DNA of 64,000 nucleotides from Vulcanimicrobiota bacterium. GTDB lineage: Bacteria; Vulcanimicrobiota; Vulcanimicrobiia; Vulcanimicrobiales; Vulcanimicrobiaceae. Below, one piece after another: positions 47,340 to 55,988 of this stretch (the stretch's first letter is position 1; each line of letters starts with the position of its first letter). The notes beneath the pieces are model-generated. The model saw only the letters and a list, made by a program, of their open reading frames with translations. It was not told where the DNA came from and made no database searches. The translations under genes were made by a program, and so were the position numbers. The DNA lies in contig PLWS01000001.1 in the NCBI GenBank assembly GCA_003151115.1, forward strand, positions 51,438 through 115,437, written 5' to 3'.

Positions 47340-47708
47340 TTGATCGAACAGGCTGCGGAAACAGCGGCCGGTTCGTTGCGCAAATTTTGCCGGAAACCGC
47401 GTTCGGCCAAACGGCTGCATCGTGCCCGCAAGGGGTTGGCGCGCCTCCTGGCAGGGCTAGACGATTTGGGGGATGCCGCCGGTACGGACCGGCAATTACT
47501 CGAGCGGGTACGCGACGTGCATAGCCGCGCCGGGAAAGTGCGCGACGCCGACGTGCTGCTCCGGCGCGTGAAAGCCTATCGCAAGCTCGCCACCGGGACC
47601 GAATGCGACGAGTTGCGAGCGATCGCGCGGAAGCTTCGCAAGCGGCGTAAAAAGGCGCGGCGGCGGCTGCAATCCCTGATCGCCGAGCTGCCGGGTTTGC
47701 GCGTTTGA
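47340..47708 (+). CDS. CHAD-like half-domain protein 1
   Basis: ORF 47091..47708 overlaps the divergent fdhA start, so it is trimmed to in-frame TTG 47340. ..RLHRARKGLARLLAGLDDLG.., ..VRDADVLL.. resemble the CHAD helix motifs. The start is uncertain. Confidence 0.45.
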   Translation: MIEQAAETAAGSLRKFCRKPRSAKRLHRARKGLARLLAGLDDLGDAAGTDRQLLERVRDVHSRAGKVRDADVLLRRVKAYRKLATGTECDELRAIARKLRKRRKKARRRLQSLIAELPGLRV

Positions 47709-48067
47709 CGCAAGAAATTGCGAACCGCATCGTCCGTCAGCACGTAAGCGAGTGCTTAAGGCTGCAGCGCGCGCTGGATTCAAGCGATGACGATGCCGTT
47801 CACCAGTTCCGGCTGGCATGCAAACGCCTACGCTATGCTATCGAACGCTTCGAGCTACCCGCGCGGGCGGCGGACGCCGCTGTCCTCGCTCGCATCACCG
47901 ACGAGCTGGGCTCCGCTCATGACTGCGTGTTGCTGATAAAGCTCGCCAGGAAGTTCGCTGCTTCCGCCGTTGCGTGGCGCGCCACGCAAGATCGAAGCCG
48001 CCACATGAAAAACGGACGCGCGCTTTGGCACGCGCTGCTGCCCACACTCGAACGGCGCGTCGCGTGA
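47705..48067 (+). CDS. CHAD-like half-domain protein 2
   Basis: 120 aa. ..DDAVHQFRLACKRLRYAIERF.., ..ITDELGSAHDCVLL.. (CHAD signature). TTGA overlap with the previous ORF. Confidence 0.55.
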   Translation: MTQEIANRIVRQHVSECLRLQRALDSSDDDAVHQFRLACKRLRYAIERFELPARAADAAVLARITDELGSAHDCVLLIKLARKFAASAVAWRATQDRSRHMKNGRALWHALLPTLERRVA

Positions 48068-49626
48068 CTCTGTGCCGCCGGCAATCTCTGTATTGCGTTT
48101 GGTTGTGCTCGTTATTGCTGGCGCCCATGACAGGGGTTGGAAAGGCCGCGCCCGTGCGGCCGACGCTCGGTGCGGCCGTAAATGCGATCGTAGAAAAGTA
48201 TCCGCACACGCAATTCGGGATTGCGGTTTACGACCTCGATGCGCGCAAGATGGTCTACTCGCTCGACGCGCAGCGGTTCTTTCTGGCCGCATCCACGACG
48301 AAATTATTGACAGAAGGAACGACGCTCGCGCTTCTTGGTCCGGACTATCGCTTTACGACAAACGTGTACCGCACCGGACCGATCGATGCGAACGGTACGC
48401 TGCAAGGCGACGTCGTCCTAAAAGCCTCAGGCGATCCGAATCTTTCCGGCCGCATCCAACCCGACGGCACGCTCGCCTTTGAAAACGAGGATCACTCCTA
48501 CGACGGGTCGCCCGACACCAAAGCCGTACCGGGAAATCCGCTGGCGGTGATCGACGATCTCGCGGCGCAGATTGCTGCTCGCGGGATCAAAAAGGTCAAT
48601 GGCGCGGTGATTGTCGACGATACGATGTTCGCAGGCGGCTACCCGGAGTCGGGCACGGGCGTCGTCGTTTCGCCGATCGTCGTCAACGACAACATCATTG
48701 ACGTCACCGTGACGCCCGGTGCCAAGCAGGGCGATCCAGTTTCGATTCAAGTGTCGCCGGAAACGCCATATCCCATGTTCGCGATTAATGCCTCGACGGG
48801 AGCGCCAAAGAGCGACCGCAGTATCTCTGTTCCGGAGGGCGACGCTGCGCAAGACGGTTCGCGTACCGTAACGATTACCGGAACGCTGCCGGCTGGGTCT
48901 TCACCCATCCTGTATGCGTACGACGTGCCGTCTCCGCGCGTCTTCGCCGAGATGGCTTTGACACAGGCGCTCAAGAATCGCGGAATCGCGTTCGGAGACA
49001 TATTTGTCGTGGATACTGGCGTGGGCTTCGGTGAAATACCCGCGAACGTCATCGCGACGCACGTCTCTCCTCCGTTGAGTCAAGACGTCAAAGTGACGCT
49101 CAAAGTGAGCGATAATTTGCACGCGTCGATCATGCCGTACTTGTGGTCTCCCAAACATACGCTGCAGGCTGGCTTCGGTCTCGAACGTGCGTTCATGCAG
49201 CGAGCCGGACTCGACACGAGCCAAATCGTTCAAAGCGATGGGCTCGGCGCTTTCGCTTTCATTCAGCCTCAGTATATGGTGCGCTATCTCGCGTATCTGC
49301 GCACCCAGCCGTACTTTTCGGTGTTGTATTCCGCACTGCCAATCTTGGGCGTCGACGGCACACTTTTCAATATCGCCAACAACTCGCCGGCGCGCGGCAA
49401 AGTTCATGCGAAGACTGGAACCTGGAGCGGCGGTGATCTACTCAACCAGCGCGCAATGGTTTCGGGAAAAGGCCTCGCGGGCTATATGACGACCGCTTCA
49501 GGGCGGCACATCGCGTTTTGCTTTTACATCAATAATCTCGCCGTTCCGCGCGGGCAAGATGCGAGCCGCGTGTCCGGACAGATCAACGGCGCGCTAGCAA
49601 CCGCAGTCTATCTGCATGCACCATAG
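48064..49626 (+). CDS. dacB: D-alanyl-D-alanine carboxypeptidase/endopeptidase PBP4 (peptidase S13)
   Basis: ORF 47974 trimmed to GTG 48064 (GTGA overlap; signal peptide MTLCRRQSLYCVWLCSLLLAP..). SxxK ASTTKL, SxN KVSDNLH, KTG HAKTGTW. Confidence 0.88.
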   Translation: MTLCRRQSLYCVWLCSLLLAPMTGVGKAAPVRPTLGAAVNAIVEKYPHTQFGIAVYDLDARKMVYSLDAQRFFLAASTTKLLTEGTTLALLGPDYRFTTNVYRTGPIDANGTLQGDVVLKASGDPNLSGRIQPDGTLAFENEDHSYDGSPDTKAVPGNPLAVIDDLAAQIAARGIKKVNGAVIVDDTMFAGGYPESGTGVVVSPIVVNDNIIDVTVTPGAKQGDPVSIQVSPETPYPMFAINASTGAPKSDRSISVPEGDAAQDGSRTVTITGTLPAGSSPILYAYDVPSPRVFAEMALTQALKNRGIAFGDIFVVDTGVGFGEIPANVIATHVSPPLSQDVKVTLKVSDNLHASIMPYLWSPKHTLQAGFGLERAFMQRAGLDTSQIVQSDGLGAFAFIQPQYMVRYLAYLRTQPYFSVLYSALPILGVDGTLFNIANNSPARGKVHAKTGTWSGGDLLNQRAMVSGKGLAGYMTTASGRHIAFCFYINNLAVPRGQDASRVSGQINGALATAVYLHAP

Positions 49627-49813
49627 AATTCTGACACGATTTACGAGGCTTTTCCAAAGCCTCTTAGCAATCGCGATTATTCTCGGGCTCATAAATACGT
49701 TCGTGCGTCCAAGTCCTAACGTATCGGAGTGGCTGAGCTTTGTGAGCATCGCTTTGTCGATTGCAGCGCTTCTCGTCTGGGGTATTACTTTCGGAATGAA
49801 AATCGAAGGTTAG
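49616..49813 (+). CDS. Hypothetical 65-aa two-TM protein
   Basis: MHHRILTRFTRLFQSLLAIAIILGLINTF..WLSFVSIALSIAALLVWGITFG.. Lower GC than the surroundings (31/60 at 49681-49740), with third-position G+C only about half. Weak coding evidence. Confidence 0.3.
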   Translation: MHHRILTRFTRLFQSLLAIAIILGLINTFVRPSPNVSEWLSFVSIALSIAALLVWGITFGMKIEG

Positions 49814-50898
49814 TGCGTCGTTTGCGATAGCAGCTGCGCCAAGTATTTCTGCCAAACAAGCGGCAGCGTGTGCGTGCCGTGTCCGCGAGTTTGTGACGTG
49901 ATCGGCAGCAGAACGAACTTTGCGTGCTTGACCTTGCCGATCTCCCGCTCGACAATATGGAGTTCCGGCGGGTTAATCTGGTCGTCGGCGCTGTTGACGG
50001 CCATGACCGTCGCCTGAATCGTTCCGAGCAATGGTTCTGGATTGTAGTCGCGGGATGAGGCTACTTGGTACAGCACGTCGTTTGCATCCTCGCCGGCGCG
50101 TACTTGCGAGAGCCGCGACTTGAAATAGGCGTCGGCAATGTCGCGGGTCGGCATGATCGACTGATCGTACAGCGGAGCGCTGCCGACGAACCACGTGATG
50201 TCGTTGACGGCTTTTAGGCCGGAAGGCTGAGTGGTGTAATCGCCGTTGTTGTAATCCGGTGAACTCGTGATGAGATCCATCTCCATGTCGCGCCAGACAC
50301 GGTTGCGTCCCGAGATTTCGATCGGCAGGCACGCTAGCGGCATGAGTGCATCCATCATCGCCGGATAAGCCTCACCCCACATCCAGCTATGCATGCAGCC
50401 CATAGACATGCCCATGACGAGCCGCAAGTGGTTGACGTGCAGTCCATCGCTGACAAGGGCATGTTCCGCGATCACCATATCGTTATAATCGTAATGCGGG
50501 AATTTCGCGCGCAGACCATCGCTTGGTTTACTCGACTCGCCGTGTCCGATATCGTCGGGAAGAATGATGAAATATTTGCTCGCATCGAGCAGGCCGCCCG
50601 GCGAAAAGAGCACTCCCGCAAAGCGCTCCGGTGGATTGAGGAATTGTTTTCCCGAGCCGCCGGTTCCGTGCATGATCAGAACCGCATTCGAATGTCCGCT
50701 TGCGTCGGTCCGCAGCGTGCCCAGCGTATAGTAATGAATGCGCAGCTCGGGCAGCGTTTCGCCGTCGTCGAACTTGAAGTTGGAAATCGTGTAATTTCCC
50801 TCGACGGGTGTGGAGAACGCCGCCGCCGCCGCCGATGTCGCAATCGTGGATATCGCGGCAAAGACGATGCTAGCGAGAAACAAAAGCGACTTCTTCAT
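49810..50898 (-). CDS. Secreted alpha/beta-fold hydrolase (MetX/homoserine-acetyltransferase-like fold)
   Basis: 362 aa with a signal peptide (MKKSLLFLASIVFAAISTIATSAAAAA). ..VLIMHGTGGSG.., nucleophile elbow GMSMGCM, C-terminal ..RGHGTH... Confidence 0.75.
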   Translation of the reverse strand: MKKSLLFLASIVFAAISTIATSAAAAAFSTPVEGNYTISNFKFDDGETLPELRIHYYTLGTLRTDASGHSNAVLIMHGTGGSGKQFLNPPERFAGVLFSPGGLLDASKYFIILPDDIGHGESSKPSDGLRAKFPHYDYNDMVIAEHALVSDGLHVNHLRLVMGMSMGCMHSWMWGEAYPAMMDALMPLACLPIEISGRNRVWRDMEMDLITSSPDYNNGDYTTQPSGLKAVNDITWFVGSAPLYDQSIMPTRDIADAYFKSRLSQVRAGEDANDVLYQVASSRDYNPEPLLGTIQATVMAVNSADDQINPPELHIVEREIGKVKHAKFVLLPITSQTRGHGTHTLPLVWQKYLAQLLSQTTH

Positions 50899-50971
50899 AT
50901 CAAGACTGTTCCTTCGACACGCGCATCGGAGATGCGCTACTCAGGTCCTTCGACAAGCTCAGGATGACAGA

Positions 50972-52162
50972 TCAGCCCTTAAATTGTGGTATTTTCTTGG
51001 CCATCTGGTCGAGCGCGTAATGGATGTCGTCGAGCGACGCCGCATACGAGAAGCGCAGATAGCCTTTGCCGGCCGCGCCGAAAGCGGAGCCGCCCAGGCA
51101 CGCGACGCCTGATTCCTGCAACAGATACGACGCCAGCGCTTTGTCGTCGGACGTAATCTTCGTGATGTTTGGAAAGGCATAGAACGCGCCTTCGGGCATC
51201 GTGCACGACATGCCGTCGATCTTGTTGATTCCGTTGATCAAGGCATCGCGGCGCTCGCGGAAGATGTTGTTCATGCGCACGACGGGCTCGTCGTCGCCGG
51301 TCAGCGCGGCGATGCCGGCTTGCTGCACGAAGCTGGCAACGCACGAGAACGTATTATTATTGAAGAGCGTGACGACTTTGGCGATCTCGGGCGCCATGAT
51401 CGCGTAACCCAAACGCCAGCCGGTCATTGCGTACGCTTTCGAAAAGCCGTCGATAACGATCGTGCGATCGCGCATGCCGGGAACGCTTACGATTGAATGA
51501 AATTCGCGGTCGTAAAAGTTGCGGCTGTAAATCTCATCGGAGAGGACGACGAAATCGTGGCGCTGCGCCATGTCCGCAATCCGTTCGAGGTCTTCTTTGG
51601 TGAGCACGCCGCCGGTCGGGTTGTGCGGCGAGTTGATCATGATGGCTTTGGTGCGGTCCGAGACGCGGCGTTCCAGCTCGTCCAAGTCCATGCGCCAGTT
51701 TTTTTGTTCCAGCAGCGGAATCGGAACGGTCTTGGCGCCGAGGTAGGTCGCGCACGATGCGTACGCCGGATAGGCGGGATCGAAATAGACGAATTCGTCG
51801 CCCGGGCTCAGCAGCGCGCTGAGGATGTTCCAGATGATCGGTTTGGCGCCCGGCGAGAGCACCACGTTTTCCGCGGTCCACGGTTCGATATGGCGGAACT
51901 TGGAGGCGTAGAGCGCGACGACGTCGCGCAATTCGAGTATGCCCTGCGACGGCGTATAGTGACTGTGATTTTCGCGGATCGCTTGGATGCCCGCTTCCTT
52001 GATGTGATCGGGCGTATCGAAATCGGGTTCACCGATCTCCATATGCACCACACGCTTGCCTTGCGCTTCGAGCGCTCGAGCGCGCGCGAGAACTTCGAAG
52101 GCGCTTTCGGATCCGAGCCGCGACACGGCTTCGGCGAAACGATCGGCTTTCGTTGCGAGCAT
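50972..52162 (-). CDS. Class I/II pyridoxal-phosphate aminotransferase (aspartate aminotransferase-like)
   Basis: 396 aa. ..INSPHNPTGGVL.., ..DEIYSR.., PLP-lysine context ..DGFSKAYAMTGWRLGY... Confidence 0.88.
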   Translation of the reverse strand: MLATKADRFAEAVSRLGSESAFEVLARARALEAQGKRVVHMEIGEPDFDTPDHIKEAGIQAIRENHSHYTPSQGILELRDVVALYASKFRHIEPWTAENVVLSPGAKPIIWNILSALLSPGDEFVYFDPAYPAYASCATYLGAKTVPIPLLEQKNWRMDLDELERRVSDRTKAIMINSPHNPTGGVLTKEDLERIADMAQRHDFVVLSDEIYSRNFYDREFHSIVSVPGMRDRTIVIDGFSKAYAMTGWRLGYAIMAPEIAKVVTLFNNNTFSCVASFVQQAGIAALTGDDEPVVRMNNIFRERRDALINGINKIDGMSCTMPEGAFYAFPNITKITSDDKALASYLLQESGVACLGGSAFGAAGKGYLRFSYAASLDDIHYALDQMAKKIPQFKG

Positions 52163-52244
52163 CTTTACAGTGCAAACCTTTCGCTAAGAGGTCAGTAATG
52201 CGTCAAGGGGCCGTTGTGCCCGCGGCGAAGACTCGCGAACGGTC

Positions 52245-55200
52245 ATGCGCACCCTGACGGACGTGTTTGCGCCGGGTACTCCGACGCTTCCCGAGGGTCT
52301 ACGAACCCTCGTCGTTTCGCCTGAGCGCGAGTTGGAACCTGGAATGACCGTGCGCGCGACGTTCACGTTCCGCAACCAGGGCGGCGCGCCGGCAACCGGC
52401 GTACGCGTGCGTTTTAATCTCCCCGAAGGTTTGGTCTATCTGGTCGGCAGCGGCAAGCTCGACGAAGAGCCGCTTGACGACGAGCAAGGCAGCTCTCCGC
52501 TGCTCGCGCGCGCCGGAGCGCAGATCGGTGACGTCGCGCCGGGTGAAGAGCGGCGCATCGACATTGCATACAGCGTCGCTGGCGCGATCGAAAATGGTTC
52601 CACCGTCGAACTGCAGGCCGCGGTCGCTGCATTCGAACTCGCTCCGGTCGGATCCAACGTCGTCCGCTTGGCCGCTCACAGCCGTCCCGCGCTGGAAAAT
52701 GCGCTTACCAATGTCGCGATCGAAACGCGTCACGGGGCGGCGGGCGCCGCGGCTCCCGGGGGCGAGGCAAACGTGACCGTTCGCGTTCACAACGCCGGCG
52801 AATCCAGCGCGCACGACGTGGTCATCGTTGCGCCGATTCCCGAACACACCAGTTACGTTCCAAACTCAGCGCGCGTCAACGGGCGCGAGTTCGAACGCGA
52901 GCTGCTGGCGTCGTTCGATCGCGTGCACGCGCCGATCGTGGCAGCGTCGTTGCCGGCCAGCGCGACGGTCACGCTGCAGTATCGCGTCCGCGTCGACGAT
53001 CCGCTTGCCGACGGAACCGCAATCGTCGTGCGCGCGCAGATCGCTTCACAAGAGACGGCAGCTTTCGCGGCCGAGCCCGCGAGCTTGACCGTCCGCGCGC
53101 AAGCCGACTTTGAAGACGATCGCACCTCGGTGACGGTCGAACCCGAATACGACGTGACGCCCGGCTCGCACGTCGTCGTGCGTGCTATCGCATTTAACGC
53201 AGGCACGACCACCGCCGAAAACGTTTCGTTCACGCTCGAGTTTCCCGATCTCGTCATGCCGGTGCGCGGAAGTTTCCGGATCGACGGACAGCCGCTGCGC
53301 GAACGCAAGAAAGAGAGTTTCACCTTCGATCTCGGCGCGATTGGCGCGCGCGAGGGCGTCGAGTTCATCGCCGAAGGCGCGGTGCTTTCACCGATTGCCG
53401 ACGGCACCACGCTGTCGATTCGCGCCAAGCTGAACTGGGCGCCGGAAGGTGAGCGCAGCTTCGAGTGTTCGGCCGTCGTGCGTTCGCAGCCGCGGTTCTC
53501 CGCGCGCCACAACCGTATCGCACGCGTCGGCGGCGCTTCCGTTCAGCCGTCGGACGAGTGCGAGGCCACAATCCTTTTAAGCAACGACGGCAGCGCGCCC
53601 GCGACCGACGCGCGCCTGCATTTGGTGCTCGATCCCGCGCTCGACGAAGTGCGCGTCTTCGATAAGACAGTACGCTTGCAGATGGATCGCGATGAGGTCG
53701 ACTTGGGAAAGATCGATCCGTATACGTCGCGCCGGTTGACCGTGCGCGCGCGCGTGCGTACGCCGTACGCCAACCGCAGCGATATCCGTCTGGGTGGATC
53801 GATGCACGCGCGCGAGGCGGGCGAAGTCGTTTTAGGTGAAGCCAACTGGCGCGTCGAGTCGCACCCGGCCTTCTCGGCCGAAACGTCACACCTGCAGCTC
53901 GTGCAAGACGACGTCTTCCGCCCCAATCAGCTCGTCGAAGTGCACGTGCGCTTGCGCAACGAGGGCACCGACATCGCCAACAACGTGCGCTTGCGTTTGT
54001 ACGTGTCGCCGGAAGCGCGGCTGGAAAGCGTCGAAGGCGCGACACGCGAACGGTCGGCGCTGCTCTTCGGAGAGATCCGTCCGGGCGGAACGGTTGAAGC
54101 GAAGCTCGGTATCCGGCTGCTGCGCAGCTTAGCCAAAGCCTATCCCGTGACGATAGAATCGGTGCTGACGGCGGATGCCATGCTGCCGGTTCAGCTGACG
54201 CGCCTCACGATCGTTACGACCGCGGAGCCGAACTTCTCGGTCGGCACGCTGCACAGCGAACCGGCCGACGTGGCCGACGCCGGCGACGAAGTCGAGTTCG
54301 TGCTGCACGTTCGCAACGGCGGCGACGGCCCGGCCCGCCGCGTGAAGATCTCCGTCGACTCGCTTGACGAGTTGATCTACGTTCCGAACAGCACCACGGT
54401 CAACGAGCTTCCGGTACGCGACGTCGGCGCGCAGTCGCCGCTGACCAGCGAACAGGGGATCATGCTCAGCGATGTCGACCCCGGCGTCGAAGCCGCCATT
54501 GCGTGGCGCGAAGTCGTGCACAACGGCTTAGCTTCGGGCGAAACGATCGTGCGCACGGCGCGCGTCGCTTACGATGGCGAACGCCTGGACGAGATTGCGG
54601 CGGATGAATTGAAGGTGCGGTGTTCGCCGGTATTCGCCAACGCGATCGCGGGATTGCCGTTCGGTTTGGACGGCATGCTTGGTCCGGCGTTTGCGGGCGG
54701 ACAGCGTGCGCTGCCCGACGCCGGCGATCGCTTCGTGCAGCTTCCACCCGCGATGCCGGTCGCGGCGTCGCTCCTTTCGCTGGGATCGAGCGGTAACGGT
54801 CATGCCAGGGACGATTCCGAGCCGCACCTCGTCGAAACGGTCGCCGCGTTCGATCGCGATCGTTTGGGAAGAACGCTAAAATTTCTTACCGAGGCACGCT
54901 TTGGCGGATTAACGAGTCACCTGTTTGCGCTGCGCGCATTTTTTCCCGACGAAGCGGGCTCCTCGAGTGAAGCCGCGCTCGAAGAGGTTCGCGACGCGTT
55001 GCGAGAGACGCTCGACCGGCTCTTCATTAAACTGCGTCTGCCGAATTATGTCATTGCGCCGCGCGATCTCGAAACCGCCGGAGCGCGTGCGGGAATCATC
55101 GCGCTGCTCAACACCGTCCAACCGGGGCAGGCGACGATCTCAAACGGCGCCGCGGTTCTGCGCGGCGCATGCGACGCCGACGAATTGCGCGCGCTGGCCG

Positions 55201-55433
55201 CGCGCTTGGAAGACGCGCCGCTCGCAACCGCACTGCCGTGGGCGGCGCTCGCGCGCCTGCTGCCCAGCGAATCGGACGCCGAAGCGAACTACCGGCGCAT
55301 GCTCGTAACGTCGCTCGACGATTTGGCTGGCGTTGACGAAACCGCTTTCATCGACGCCCTCCAACGTCGTCCGTATCCGGTGCTCGATGCGGCGCTCAAC
55401 GTGGTCTGCGCGCAGATTTCCGCGCGCGTGTGA
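52245..55433 (+). CDS. Large protein with six DUF11/CARDB-like Ig-fold repeats and an alpha-helical C-terminal domain; no signal peptide
   Basis: 1062 aa. Six modules of roughly 100-120 aa, each with a pattern like V.V.VRN.G...A..V.V....P..L.YV..S (for example ATFTFRNQGGAPATGVRVRFNLPEGLVYLVGSG, VTVRVHNAGESSAHDVVIVAPIPEHTSYVPNS, FVLHVRNGGDGPARRVKISVDSLDELIYVPNS). The last 280 aa or so are A/L/R-rich and helical. The N-terminus MRTLTDVFAPGTPTLPEG is not signal-like. Confidence 0.7.
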   Translation: MRTLTDVFAPGTPTLPEGLRTLVVSPERELEPGMTVRATFTFRNQGGAPATGVRVRFNLPEGLVYLVGSGKLDEEPLDDEQGSSPLLARAGAQIGDVAPGEERRIDIAYSVAGAIENGSTVELQAAVAAFELAPVGSNVVRLAAHSRPALENALTNVAIETRHGAAGAAAPGGEANVTVRVHNAGESSAHDVVIVAPIPEHTSYVPNSARVNGREFERELLASFDRVHAPIVAASLPASATVTLQYRVRVDDPLADGTAIVVRAQIASQETAAFAAEPASLTVRAQADFEDDRTSVTVEPEYDVTPGSHVVVRAIAFNAGTTTAENVSFTLEFPDLVMPVRGSFRIDGQPLRERKKESFTFDLGAIGAREGVEFIAEGAVLSPIADGTTLSIRAKLNWAPEGERSFECSAVVRSQPRFSARHNRIARVGGASVQPSDECEATILLSNDGSAPATDARLHLVLDPALDEVRVFDKTVRLQMDRDEVDLGKIDPYTSRRLTVRARVRTPYANRSDIRLGGSMHAREAGEVVLGEANWRVESHPAFSAETSHLQLVQDDVFRPNQLVEVHVRLRNEGTDIANNVRLRLYVSPEARLESVEGATRERSALLFGEIRPGGTVEAKLGIRLLRSLAKAYPVTIESVLTADAMLPVQLTRLTIVTTAEPNFSVGTLHSEPADVADAGDEVEFVLHVRNGGDGPARRVKISVDSLDELIYVPNSTTVNELPVRDVGAQSPLTSEQGIMLSDVDPGVEAAIAWREVVHNGLASGETIVRTARVAYDGERLDEIAADELKVRCSPVFANAIAGLPFGLDGMLGPAFAGGQRALPDAGDRFVQLPPAMPVAASLLSLGSSGNGHARDDSEPHLVETVAAFDRDRLGRTLKFLTEARFGGLTSHLFALRAFFPDEAGSSSEAALEEVRDALRETLDRLFIKLRLPNYVIAPRDLETAGARAGIIALLNTVQPGQATISNGAAVLRGACDADELRALAARLEDAPLATALPWAALARLLPSESDAEANYRRMLVTSLDDLAGVDETAFIDALQRRPYPVLDAALNVVCAQISARV

Positions 55434-55834
55434 ACGCGCTCGTCATCGGTTTGCTGATCGTCGTCGCAATTGCGGTGTGCGTCGGCGCGTATGCATGGCT
55501 CTCACCGGAGCGAAAAGCGATCGAAGAGCCGGTGCCGGCGCCGAACGAACCCTGGCAACCCGACGATGCTTGGACCGCGCAGGCCGGCGAAGAATTCGCG
55601 ACGCTCTCCGAAGCCGCGCGCTGCGACCTAGTTTTTGCCGTTGCCGATCTTCACGACGAGCGCGCCGATGGTCTGCTCTTGCACGCGCTCGACGATCCGT
55701 CCGAACCGGTCGCGCTCGCAGCCGCGCATGTGCTTGACAAACGCGGCGCTGCCGATCGCGTTCGCGCGCACGTCAAACGCCATCCCGGTGCACGAGCGGA
55801 ACGAATCGAAGAAACCCTCAGCCTCTTACAATAG
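55430..55834 (+). CDS. Single-pass membrane protein with a HEAT-like repeat domain
   Basis: 134 aa. GTGA overlap with the upstream stop. N-terminal TM LVIGLLIVVAIAVCVGAYAWL followed by R/K. ..GLLLHALDDPSEPVALAAAHVLDKRG.. is HEAT-like. Confidence 0.6.
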   Translation: MNALVIGLLIVVAIAVCVGAYAWLSPERKAIEEPVPAPNEPWQPDDAWTAQAGEEFATLSEAARCDLVFAVADLHDERADGLLLHALDDPSEPVALAAAHVLDKRGAADRVRAHVKRHPGARAERIEETLSLLQ

Positions 55835-55868
55835 CCCCGCCTACATGCCGGTTCTCACGGACACTTGC

Positions 55869-55887
55869 CGGGCACGTCCTGTGCCCG
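55869..55887 (+). terminator. Stem-loop CGGGCAC-gtcct-GTGCCCG downstream of the TM-HEAT gene
   Basis: Perfect 7-bp stem, 35 nt after the stop, followed by tctgcgtt (weak U-tract). Confidence 0.4.
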
Positions 55888-55988
55888 TCTGCGTTCCTGA
55901 ATTCAGACCGCTCTCGCCATCCATGGCTTCGCGGTGAATTCAGAGCCGTGCGAACCGGCACGTAGCCGAGGCTTATTGACAATAAGAC

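Noticed and set aside
55972-55986. Palindrome CTTATTG-A-CAATAAG just 3' of the mrdA stop, and the duplicated tgaattcaga motifs at 55899-55908 and 55935-55944
   Set aside because: The stem is AT-rich and short, and the duplicated 10-mers have no obvious partner features. They are noted only as convergent-gene spacer structure.
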